In this document: positions 16,101-24,309 of the stretch, in pieces | Layout: every line of letters begins with the position of its first letter | How positions within the stretch are numbered: position 1 is the stretch's first letter | Source: a virus | Lineage: Duplodnaviria > Caudoviricetes | IMG/VR virus record: IMGVR_UViG_3300010429_000098 | Span: 2,281 to 66,280 of that record | Direction: 5' to 3' (one strand) | Length of the DNA stretch: 64,000 nt | Position numbers and translations under genes: made by a program | The notes under the pieces: generated by a model | Told to the model about the DNA's origin: nothing | Databases searched by the model: none | What the model saw: the letters and a program-made list of their open reading frames with translations, nothing else

Positions 16101-19072
16101 GCAGATGGTTTGAATAATCAAACAATTGGTAGAAAATTTAATGTAGCACCGGCTACTATAAGGGGTATTCTCTTAGGTAATACCTGGAAAAATTATTAAT
16201 TTTAACAATGCCTGACAAGCACTGGTTGCAAGTAACGATTGCAACTGAACACAACGGGACAATACTACGATACGTTCTCAACCAATGTACGAGTTGTAGA
16301 CAAGCGTTTACTAGAGCAAGCCAAAACAACGCGTGCTGTAGATGTAGCCTATCGTATCGGTGTAACTGATGAATTTCCAAAAAATCGTTTAGTGGTCAGA
16401 GAAGGCTACAAAACCTACTTCATAGATAACGGACCACTAGGATATGTTGATACTCGTTTGCCTATTACAAGTAATTCTTCTTTTGGTACTTTTCCTGTCG
16501 AAGCGGTTACCAAAGGTATGGCAGATGCGCTTAACCATGCTGCTTCTACTAAGTTCACTATCGACCCTGACTTTTATGACTTTACACAAAAACTTCTAGA
16601 GTTCCAAGATGATAAGGGTAAAGCTAAATTCTATAACGATCTAAATGTGTATAGAACACACATTATAGAACGTGGAGACGCGTATGAACGATTTAAAGCA
16701 ATGCAATATTTCCGAAATGGGAATAAAGCTTTTAGTAATACACCGTTTCTAGATCATCGCGGCCGTGTATATGATTCAGGATTAATTGGAGCACAAAGTG
16801 GTGCTACATTCAGACCCTTCTTGAATTCAGCATTGTCTAAACCGTTAACCGAAGAAGGTTATTTAAATCTACAGGATAAAATAGGTCAAGTATTAGGTGG
16901 CGGAAGCGATAAGTTTGAAGGATTGCAAAATGCGATGTCTATTAAAGGTAGACAACAAATTGCTCTTAACTATCGTGGAAAACTAATTGAGCTTGGTGAT
17001 CAGATGCGCAGGGGTAAGCCTAATGATATTCGCAAGATTCTTGAATCAGAGTTCTTTGCTGAAATAGACGCAGAGGAACAAGGCGAAGTGATGCGCTTAG
17101 CTTTGGAGATGAGCAGAATTAATGAATTTCTAAAAGGCGATTTCTCTGACTTGAAAAAATTGAATAGCTTTAAGACGTCATTAGCGTTGGAGCAAGATGC
17201 TTCGTCTTCTGCTGCTCAGATCATTGCGATGACAACTAAGAATAAACAGCTAGCGCAGATGTCTAATGTGGTGCCAACTAATACAAAACAACGTTTATAT
17301 GATGAGGTTGCTGCAGATACTTTCAATGATCCTCGCTTTATTGAGTTGAATAAGAAATTGAATCTGACTCAAAAGGATTTACAGAAAGGGGCCAAGGGAC
17401 TAGTAATGGTAAAATTTTGCCATTGTAAAACACCGTTAATTGCTGGAAACACTCTATGAGTCAATCAGCAGCCAAGCTTTAACAGAAATGTTTCAGAAGG
17501 TTCAACGACTAGAGCAGACGACCTTAAAAGGTTATGTAGCTCGTACAATCCAAGTGGATTGGAAACGCGGTGGTATAGTAGAAAATACTATATAAGATAT
17601 AGTCTAATCTATATGGTGACATATAGTAAGACAGCTACTGTTTATAGTAGCTAGTCTTTCATAGAATTAACGACTCTATGTAATATTAATGAAAAGGTTA
17701 TGGGGCAGGTGATCGTACGGGCATTCTCGCTGTAGAGAAAAAGGTTGGTAAAATATTAGCAGCTGGTGAGGACACTCTTGTTGTAAAGGCTGTAGATCGC
17801 GATCTTGTCTTAAATGAGATCTCAGCACGTATGGCTAGATACGAGAAATTTGATCCAGATATGTACAATGAGCTAAAAGCTCTACGTAAAGATGTGAAGG
17901 ATGTCTTTAACAAGGGCATTCCGCCTGGTGATGAAATAATGGATCAGCTGTACTTCCTAGATCCAAAGACACGCGAATTCATCGAAAAACTTGGCCAAAC
18001 GTATGATAGAATCGTTACTCCTGATGATATAGCTGCGATGGCTAAGATCATGACAGAGTATATGCGTGCAAGAGCTCCGATTATGGATGACTTTACACGT
18101 GTATTAGGACGTTTAGCACAAGACTTTATGTTGAAAGCCAAGCCTAAAGAAAGTAGTATCGATTACGGTGATTTGCTTGCGACTCTAATTGCTGGAGAAA
18201 AGAAACGTGGTACTAAGTTACCTGGATGGCTTAACCGTATTCTCGGTATTAAAGATGAGGCAATACGTGACAAGCTACTTAGAAGGATTCCTGGATATAT
18301 TCCTGGAAGCCCTCTAGATATTGCTATTAGAGGTAAAGAGGCGCCTACAAAGCGTAGAATGGGCTTTAAGCTTGGTAAGTTTGATTTATATTCAGAAGAT
18401 ATAACAAAAGGAGTTGAAATCGGTATTGCGAATAAGTTGCCTAAGACATGGACAACTGTTCCTTGGGTGAACTTTAATGGTACAGTATTGGAACAAGAAT
18501 TTTTACAAGTATTTGAAGAGAAATTGTGGTATAAAGACAAAGACGGTAAATGGGTTGTTAATATCTTACAGATAGATCAGAAAACTGATCCTACCACTTG
18601 GGAACAGTTACGTAACAAAGAGGGTAAGATTAATGCAATCGCTGATACTAATAAAGTAAGAACCAGTTATGGCGTTAATGCTAACCATAGCAATGATGCC
18701 GTAATTGTTAATCAATACCACTTATTTGGTAAGAAAAATAAAATACCTACTGCTTCAATTCACGATGCGTTCTTTAATCATGCTGCAGATATAATTCCTG
18801 TGCGAGATGCATTAAGAACTGTATTTGCAGATACGTTAGAGACAAACGTGTTGAAAAAGACTTTGGATGAGATGTTAGCTAGAGGTCTACCAAAAGAGTT
18901 ATACGATCAATATCTAAATGAGATGATTGATAAAGGTATGATTCCTGTTCCTGGTCGCTCTGTTGTAGGCGGCAAAGTAATGACGAAAGATGATATCCTC
19001 ACAAGGGAGGATATTCTAGCGCCTATTGATAGATCTTTCAGAACTAACAGATATTTTTACGGAGTGAATTAA
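13150..19072 (+). CDS. MuF/SPP1-gp7 minor head protein fused to a T7-family single-subunit RNA polymerase; spliced join(13150..15243,16257..17410,17692..19072), 1542 aa
   Basis: MuF motifs WQYVAVLDSRTTPLC..LDG and PPRHWYCRSTTLP; RNAP motifs DHRGRVY, motif A LEQDASSSAAQ, spliced motif B AKGLVMVKGYGAG, ANHSND, motif C IHDAF. Exon lengths 2094+1154+1381=4629 nt form one open frame. Confidence 0.85.
15244..16256 (+). mobile_element. Group I intron with HNH ORF (intron 1 of the MuF-RNAP gene)
   Basis: P GAATTCGGTGGAA, Q AATACCGAGCCAAG, R GTGTAACGACTA, S GATATAGTCT; P3 CCATGTG/CGCATGG; P9 hairpin; terminal G16256; the junction gives GGRYF|GQYY. Boundary is slightly less certain than for introns 2 and 3. 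Confidence 0.85.
15528..16199 (+). CDS. Intron-encoded HNH homing endonuclease (NUMOD4-HNH-HTH type)
   Basis: EIWK...Y.VS..[41 protein letters not shown]; two C-terminal HTH-like repeats; sits in the P9.1 loop (GTGCT-GGTCAGGCA pairs with TGCCTGAC-AAGCAC). Confidence 0.88.
   Translation: [223 protein letters not shown]
17411..17691 (+). ncRNA. ORF-less group I intron (281 nt; intron 2 of the MuF-RNAP gene, in RNAP motif B)
   Basis: P1: exon AATGGT pairs with GCCATT (U.G at the splice site); P AATTGCTGGAAA, Q AATCAGCAGCCAAG, R GTTCAACGACTAG, S AAGATATAGTCTAA; P10 AAAA/TTTT; terminal G17691. Confidence 0.9.
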
Positions 19073-19078
19073 TAATAA

Positions 19079-19160
19079 TCCAGCTAACTACTGGAACTCT
19101 CACAAGGCATTACTGCCTTAAAACGAGATTGTATCTCAAACTAACGCGAATTGTATTCGC
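19079..19160 (+). promoter_or_regulatory. Cluster of four small hairpins in the scaffold-gene leader
   Basis: TCCAG/CTGGA, AAGGCA/TGCCTT, GAGAT-TGT-ATCTC, GCGAAT-TGT-ATTCGC; the last abuts the GAGG RBS. Confidence 0.45.
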
Positions 19161-19174
19161 AGAGGACATTTAAA

Positions 19175-19891
19175 ATGGCTGGAACCGAAGAAACTATTGT
19201 TGAAACGAAAATTGATCCTGTTGTCGAGACTGTTGTTGATGACAAAGAGGAAGAAAAAACTATTGTCGTTAAGCATGTCACCAAAGACGACGACATGGTG
19301 GACAAACTCGTTAAAGATCGTCTTGGAGAAGAGTTAAAGCCGATTAAGGGTAAATTGGATAATGCATATAAGGCACGAGATGAAGCTCTTGCCAAAGTTG
19401 CAGAATTCGAGCGTCGCGAGAAAGAAGCTAAGATCAAGCAATTGAACGAAGAAGGCAAACATCGGGAAGCCTACGAATTACAATTGCAAGAACTCAGAGC
19501 ACAAAATGATGCGTTGAATAAGCGCAACATGGAACTCTCTCGTGATGTAGCAGTCAAAGACGCTTTGAAGTCGTATTCTTTTAAGAATGACAAAGCCTCT
19601 GAACTGGCCTTTAAAGAAATTGTTGCAGAGCTCGTACAGAATGAGTCCGGTACGTGGGTACACAGAACTGGTATTTCTGTTCGTGATTATTGCGAAGCTT
19701 TCTCAAAAGACGAGGATCAATCGTTTCTGTTTAAGCCAAAGGCGAATAGTGGCGGTGGAACGACTACTACTACAAATAGTAGCGGAAAGCCCGCTGCATC
19801 TGGTAAGAAATCATTGTTCGATATGCCGCAGAGTGAAGTTCTTGCACTTGCAGCTGCAGGCAAAATTGGACCTAACCAACCTCCTATTTAA
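19175..19891 (+). CDS. Capsid scaffolding protein
   Basis: Acidic N-terminus, coiled coil, FLFK...SGG linker; directly before the major capsid gene; ATG 19175 has the RBS. Confidence 0.75.
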   Translation: MAGTEETIVETKIDPVVETVVDDKEEEKTIVVKHVTKDDDMVDKLVKDRLGEELKPIKGKLDNAYKARDEALAKVAEFERREKEAKIKQLNEEGKHREAYELQLQELRAQNDALNKRNMELSRDVAVKDALKSYSFKNDKASELAFKEIVAELVQNESGTWVHRTGISVRDYCEAFSKDEDQSFLFKPKANSGGGTTTTTNSSGKPAASGKKSLFDMPQSEVLALAAAGKIGPNQPPI

Positions 19892-19906
19892 AACTGGAAA
19901 ATTGAA

Positions 19907-21148
19907 ATGACTCAAATTGTCAACAACATTAACGGTGCAAATACCTATGCACTGCAAAACGCTCTCGGCGCATACTCCGATGAAGCGTACACGAATGCCA
20001 AGAAGTTGTCTGGCACCGGTATTGTGAGTTCGAACCCGAACATCGATACCTCTACCGAGACCTTTATTGGTCAAGTTCGTTGGTTCAAGCCCCTGAATCC
20101 CACCATCAACGTTGCATCTTTGACGAATGCTGCTAACGGTACTGGTACTAGCTACCAATCCGACTTCAGCTCGTACGTCAAGACTGTGCGTACGCATGGT
20201 GCAACTCAAGTTAATCTGCAACAAGTTATCTCTCAAGTGGATGGCCTGGCAAAGATTAGCCGTGACTTCGGTGAGACGCGTGGTCAAGATGAGCATAACT
20301 CTATCCTGACTGTGCTCAAGGGTGTCGCAATCACTGAAGCTCTCATGGGTGCAGCTAGCGGCTCTGGCGCTGTTGGTCTTGGTGGACAAACCTTCACAAA
20401 CGATCCGACTGATAAACGCTTTGGTTTCTACGTTGATCTTGGCGCTTCTAAACTGGTTGTGCCGCCGTCGTCTACTCAACAAGGCGCCCAGCGTGCTGAA
20501 GGCTTCTTGAATGCGATCGGTATGGCCTGGAAAGATTATGAGCCGGAGTACTGCTATCTTGTGGTCTCGCCTGAAGTTCTGGCTTCGCTGCGTTCCGCCA
20601 ATCTGGTTGATGAAACCAAGGTCGTTGAGGCCAACGTGGTGTTCGACACGATCTTCTCTGGCAAGTTCCGTTTGATCCAGACGCGTGCTAACCAAAGTAT
20701 GTCTACTGCCGAATTGACGATGATCAATACTGGTGGTGGTGTGGATATTACCGGTGTGAAGACCTCGTTCCTGGTTCTGCCTGGTGCTATTGCTATGGCA
20801 CCTCTGTCCGTGCCTACTCCGGTGGAAATCTACCGCGATGCGCGTTCGTATAACGGTGGCGGTTCTACCGATATCTGGTATCGCTGGGGTAACGTGTATC
20901 ATCCTGGTGGCTACGATTGGGCTGGTCTGACCACGGTGTTTCCGAGTGATGCTGAGTACAAGTACGTTGTGGATACCGCAGTGTCTGGTACTGGTGGTTC
21001 GGCAGTGCCTGCCGGTGTCCCGCAGCCCCTGGAGACTTACACTAACGCAGGTGGTGCTGCAACTCTGCAAGCTACGGTTCGTGGTACCTGGATTCGTAAG
21101 GCATCTTCGGCTCTCAGCCTGGGTATCCTCCCGATCTTTCACGCTTAA
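19907..21148 (+). CDS. Major capsid protein
   Basis: 413 aa, position after scaffold, markedly higher GC and host-optimised codon bias, GG.TDIWYRWG...HP.G C-terminal motif. Confidence 0.85.
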   Translation: MTQIVNNINGANTYALQNALGAYSDEAYTNAKKLSGTGIVSSNPNIDTSTETFIGQVRWFKPLNPTINVASLTNAANGTGTSYQSDFSSYVKTVRTHGATQVNLQQVISQVDGLAKISRDFGETRGQDEHNSILTVLKGVAITEALMGAASGSGAVGLGGQTFTNDPTDKRFGFYVDLGASKLVVPPSSTQQGAQRAEGFLNAIGMAWKDYEPEYCYLVVSPEVLASLRSANLVDETKVVEANVVFDTIFSGKFRLIQTRANQSMSTAELTMINTGGGVDITGVKTSFLVLPGAIAMAPLSVPTPVEIYRDARSYNGGGSTDIWYRWGNVYHPGGYDWAGLTTVFPSDAEYKYVVDTAVSGTGGSAVPAGVPQPLETYTNAGGAATLQATVRGTWIRKASSALSLGILPIFHA

Positions 21149-21184
21149 TCAGCGAAGGCCTAATTCTTATAGGGAGAAACACTT

Positions 21185-21658
21185 ATGGCACTAGTCAAAG
21201 GTACAAATTCTTACGTTGATGTAGCTGAGGCTGATGCCTACTTCGCGAATCGTATCGATGCTGATCTTTGGGTTGATACAGACCCTCTCAGAAAAGAGCA
21301 ATCGTTGATTTCAGCAACTGCTGTACTGGATCAAAACTCCTGGACAGGAAGTGTTGTAAGTGTTACTCAACCTCTAGCGTTTCCACGTATTGGTAGTTAT
21401 TTTGATCCGAAAATAGGCGGACAGGTAATCCTTGAAGGTGTTCCGGAGCGTGTGAAGCAAGCCTGTTATGAGCAGGCCTTTCATATGCTTACAAATGAAG
21501 GTGTCTTAGATAGCACTGGTACAGTTCAGAATCTTCGAGTAGGTTCAATTGTATTAGATACTATCATAAACCCTGGCAAGCAATCACCAGTGGTGAATAC
21601 CCTTATTCGCCCACTACTGGTTAATGGTGGTGCACGTCTGTGGTGGAGGGCAAACTAA
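21185..21658 (+). CDS. Head-tail adaptor (DnaT-like family)
   Basis: NSYVDVAEADAYF..R ... LAFPR ... P..VK.A..E.A pattern. Confidence 0.7.
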   Translation: MALVKGTNSYVDVAEADAYFANRIDADLWVDTDPLRKEQSLISATAVLDQNSWTGSVVSVTQPLAFPRIGSYFDPKIGGQVILEGVPERVKQACYEQAFHMLTNEGVLDSTGTVQNLRVGSIVLDTIINPGKQSPVVNTLIRPLLVNGGARLWWRAN

Positions 21659-22026
21659 TGGGATATAGAGAACTTGCACAGTCGAAGGCCAGAATGGCTT
21701 TTAAACTTATTGGTAATCTCGCATTAGAATGCAAACTCCTACAAAAGGACTCTTCTACATTTAATTTTCAGACCCGTACAGCGGAAGAAAACCCTACTCG
21801 CAAGAGTACAGTGAAGGTAGTTTTCACGTCTAAGGGTCGTGATAAAAATGCAGAGAACACTATAAGAGGCGAAATACTTATGTTGGCAGAAGATGTAGAT
21901 GATTTTACTATCTACGATAAAATCGTCATTAATAATGAAACCTGGAACATTGTTCCTCCTTATACGAATGATGATTATACAATAACTTCTGGCGTATCGC
22001 GTCTACAAGGAGCTTCAAATGGGTAA
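21658..22026 (+). CDS. Head completion/closure protein
   Basis: Synteny; TAATG coupling with the adaptor. Confidence 0.55.
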   Translation: MGYRELAQSKARMAFKLIGNLALECKLLQKDSSTFNFQTRTAEENPTRKSTVKVVFTSKGRDKNAENTIRGEILMLAEDVDDFTIYDKIVINNETWNIVPPYTNDDYTITSGVSRLQGASNG

Positions 22027-22429
22027 ATACGAAGCTCTTGAATCGTTATCATTATCTATCTTTGGAACACAAGAATGGCAAAGTGAAGATATTGTTACAA
22101 TGCCTAGTAATTTCATAGGCGATGCCCCTAATAACGAGTATATTAGGGTGCATATCATTATGGATACTCCGAAGTCTGGTTACGCTAAGCTAGAACATAT
22201 GCAGGGACAGATGATGATAGACATCTTCATTCCGTCTGGCGAAGGACCTTCTAGAGCATCAGCTATTGCAGATGCGCTTGACAAGTATTTAGTGGGTAAG
22301 TCTTTAAGTAATGGCACTGGGCGAGTGCAATTCAGCTCTAGCCTGTTGTCACATGTTGGACTTGATAAGGCGAATCAAAAGCTTCATCGTAGTCTTTATT
22401 CAATTCCTCTCTCTTATTTTGGAAATTAA
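22019..22429 (+). CDS. Tail terminator-like protein
   Basis: 136 aa; G...IDIF.P.G.G..RA..IAD.L motif; precedes the tube gene. Confidence 0.6.
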   Translation: MGKYEALESLSLSIFGTQEWQSEDIVTMPSNFIGDAPNNEYIRVHIIMDTPKSGYAKLEHMQGQMMIDIFIPSGEGPSRASAIADALDKYLVGKSLSNGTGRVQFSSSLLSHVGLDKANQKLHRSLYSIPLSYFGN

Positions 22430-22431
22430 TC

Positions 22432-23019
22432 ATGGCACACATTAAATCTATCGGCGCAGCAATGTATTCTGACCTCTCGGTCAATGCGTTTGATCCTGTT
22501 GCTGGATATGCGGGTTTGGATACTGCGGCTGAATTCAACGCGTTGTTTGCACAGGAAATTCCGCCTGCAACTGCAACTCCTGTTGCTGGCGATTTCATTC
22601 GCATTACCAACGTTCGTGAATTTCCGGCAATGGGTACCCCGCCAAACGTTGTGAAAGTTCCTGTGTATGGTTACAAGACTTCGCAACAAATCCAAGGTCA
22701 AGCTGATGCACCGGACATGACCATTAAGATCAACATGGTCCCGGAAGTGTGGGCGAAAGACAGCACTCCTGCAAGTCTGTTAGCCGGAATGGTTGGTGAT
22801 GGTCAGCAATATGCTTTCCGCTTTGCGCTGCTTAACACCCAGCCTGGCGTTGGCAAATTTGCCTCTACGCCTACCGGTCTCGGTCTCGTGGAGAACAGCC
22901 TGTATTACTGGGTTGGCAAAATGGAATCGCTGCTTGTGACTCCCTCTCTTACTGACTCCACCATGGCAGATCTTTCGATCACTATCCAATCCGATTTCTT
23001 CGGTGCATGGACTGTGTAA
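22432..23019 (+). CDS. Major tail (tube) protein
   Basis: 195 aa; VREFP.MGTP.N...VP.YG.....I.GQ.DAP; capsid-like codon bias; followed by a terminator. Confidence 0.8.
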   Translation: MAHIKSIGAAMYSDLSVNAFDPVAGYAGLDTAAEFNALFAQEIPPATATPVAGDFIRITNVREFPAMGTPPNVVKVPVYGYKTSQQIQGQADAPDMTIKINMVPEVWAKDSTPASLLAGMVGDGQQYAFRFALLNTQPGVGKFASTPTGLGLVENSLYYWVGKMESLLVTPSLTDSTMADLSITIQSDFFGAWTV

Positions 23020-23030
23020 TTAATTAATAT

Positions 23031-23059
23031 ATGGCCCCTGAAAATGGGGTCATCTTTTT
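23031..23059 (+). terminator. Intrinsic terminator after the tail tube gene
   Basis: ATGGCCCC-tgaaaat-GGGGTCAT-cttttta. Confidence 0.7.
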
Positions 23060-23072
23060 ACCTACTTTAAAA

Positions 23073-23297
23073 ATGTCAACATTTGTTAAACCGTTTCAAC
23101 GTAAATATGCTATTAATGCTACCTTTATGCAAATGCGTAAGGCTGTAGATACCAGCATTCGTATTACGAGTTCACGTATCAGTGAATATGACTCAAACCA
23201 AGAAGTCTCTAAGGAAATCTTTGTAACATTATCTGAATTGAATAAATTGCGCAATGATCTAGACGAGATGCAAAAACGTTTGTTGCAAAATGTCTAA
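23073..23297 (+). CDS. Small hypothetical protein
   Basis: ATG 23073 follows the terminator; overlaps the next start. Confidence 0.55.
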   Translation: MSTFVKPFQRKYAINATFMQMRKAVDTSIRITSSRISEYDSNQEVSKEIFVTLSELNKLRNDLDEMQKRLLQNV

Positions 23298-23649
23298 GTT
23301 TGAATTTAAAAAACCAATCACCGAAACCCCTGTTAATAGAAAGAGTATCATGAGCTTTAAAGATCTAGTTGGTAAAAAGATGACCAAGTCCGTTAAATTT
23401 ATGGGCGAGGATATCAAAATCTCGAAGTTGAGTGTAGCTGAAGTAAAGGATATTCAAGCCAAGGCTAAAGCAGCTGAAGGCGGTGAAGACGAAGGTTTTG
23501 AGACCTTGAAGACTGTTATTCGCTCCGCTGTAGCAGATGCTAGCGAAATCTCGGATGACGATTTCAATAACTTTCCTATTGATGAGCTGTCGAAGCTGTC
23601 CACTGAAATCATGAAGTTCTCCGGGATTGGTGGAGAAACGGGAAAGTAA
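23290..23649 (+). CDS. Tail assembly chaperone (gpG-like)
   Basis: Position before the tape measure gene; ends ...GETGK* over a slippery site. Confidence 0.8.
   Translation: MSKFEFKKPITETPVNRKSIMSFKDLVGKKMTKSVKFMGEDIKISKLSVAEVKDIQAKAKAAEGGEDEGFETLKTVIRSAVADASEISDDDFNNFPIDELSKLSTEIMKFSGIGGETGK
23640..23646 (+). promoter_or_regulatory. Programmed -1 frameshift slippery site G GGA AAG
   Basis: Identical to the lambda G/T heptamer GGGAAAG; the -1 frame reads GGG AAA GTA ATA CTT ACA GAT GAA ATG into 23664, giving a ~231-aa fusion. Confidence 0.88.
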
Positions 23650-23663
23650 TACTTACAGATGAA

Positions 23664-23984
23664 ATGCTAGAAATATATGAAATAGCGTTTCATCTGAAGA
23701 TGCCTGTTTATAAACTTATGCAAGAAATGCCTTATGAAGAATTACTTATGTGGGGTGACTATTTGAGTAGACGCCCGATTGATTGGAGAGCCGATGACCG
23801 TGCATATAAAATTCTTCAAACACAAGGTGTTAAGCATAAGCCAGGCGAGATATTTAGTTCGTTAAACGCGATATACAATACGCGTACTGTTGAGAAAGAG
23901 GGCGGTCTTGGAGGAAACTTCAAACAATCTTTCATGTTCCAAAAGATAGCTTTAGCACGAGGAGGTGATAAAATACCACTATGA
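23664..23984 (+). CDS. Tail assembly chaperone gpT-like moiety (C-terminal part of the frameshift product)
   Basis: EIAFHL.MPV..L..EMPYEEL..W..Y pattern; open in the -1 frame from the slippery site. Confidence 0.75.
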   Translation: MLEIYEIAFHLKMPVYKLMQEMPYEELLMWGDYLSRRPIDWRADDRAYKILQTQGVKHKPGEIFSSLNAIYNTRTVEKEGGLGGNFKQSFMFQKIALARGGDKIPL

Positions 23985-24256
23985 ATCTTACTAAATTAAT
24001 TGAAGCAGAGGCAGCGAAACAAACTAAAGTTGTTATGCAAAAATTAGTTAAAGATTTGGTCGCTGCTACTCCTATCGATACTGGAAATGCTCGTGCTGGT
24101 TGGCGTATAGATGGAAACTCTATTGTCAATGATGTGGAGTATATTGAGGAGTTGAATAGGGGACATTCAAAACAAGCCCCTTCTTTTTTCATAGAGAAGA
24201 CTGTATTGTCGCAATCAGGAGTAAAACCTAATGGCGCAATTGTGAGATCTAAGTGA
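23981..24256 (+). CDS. HK97 gp10-like tail completion protein
   Basis: TPIDTGNARAGW...N.VEY...LN.GHS.QAP. Confidence 0.75.
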   Translation: MNLTKLIEAEAAKQTKVVMQKLVKDLVAATPIDTGNARAGWRIDGNSIVNDVEYIEELNRGHSKQAPSFFIEKTVLSQSGVKPNGAIVRSK

Positions 24257-24263
24257 TTTCTAC

Positions 24264-24291
24264 GCCCACCCTTAAAAAAGGTGGGCTTTTT
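24264..24291 (+). terminator. Intrinsic terminator-like hairpin before the tape measure gene
   Basis: GCCCACC-cttaaaaaa-GGTGGGC-TTTTT. Confidence 0.65.
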
Positions 24292-24309
24292 AATGAAAGG
24301 TAGACTATT

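Noticed and set aside
16239-19072. ORFs 16239-17459 and 17831-19072 as independent genes
   Set aside because: They lack RBSs, begin or end inside intron structure, and each holds only part of the RNAP active site; they are exons.
19811-21142. 443-aa minus-strand ORF and the other antisense ORFs in the track
   Set aside because: Shadows of codon-biased plus-strand genes (capsid, tape measure, LRR); no RBS or recognisable motifs.
21166-21177. T7-like promoter tail CTTATAGGGAGA after the capsid gene
   Set aside because: Single occurrence; upstream GCGG/CCA elements do not align with the repeated motif, and GGAG is explained as the RBS of 21185.
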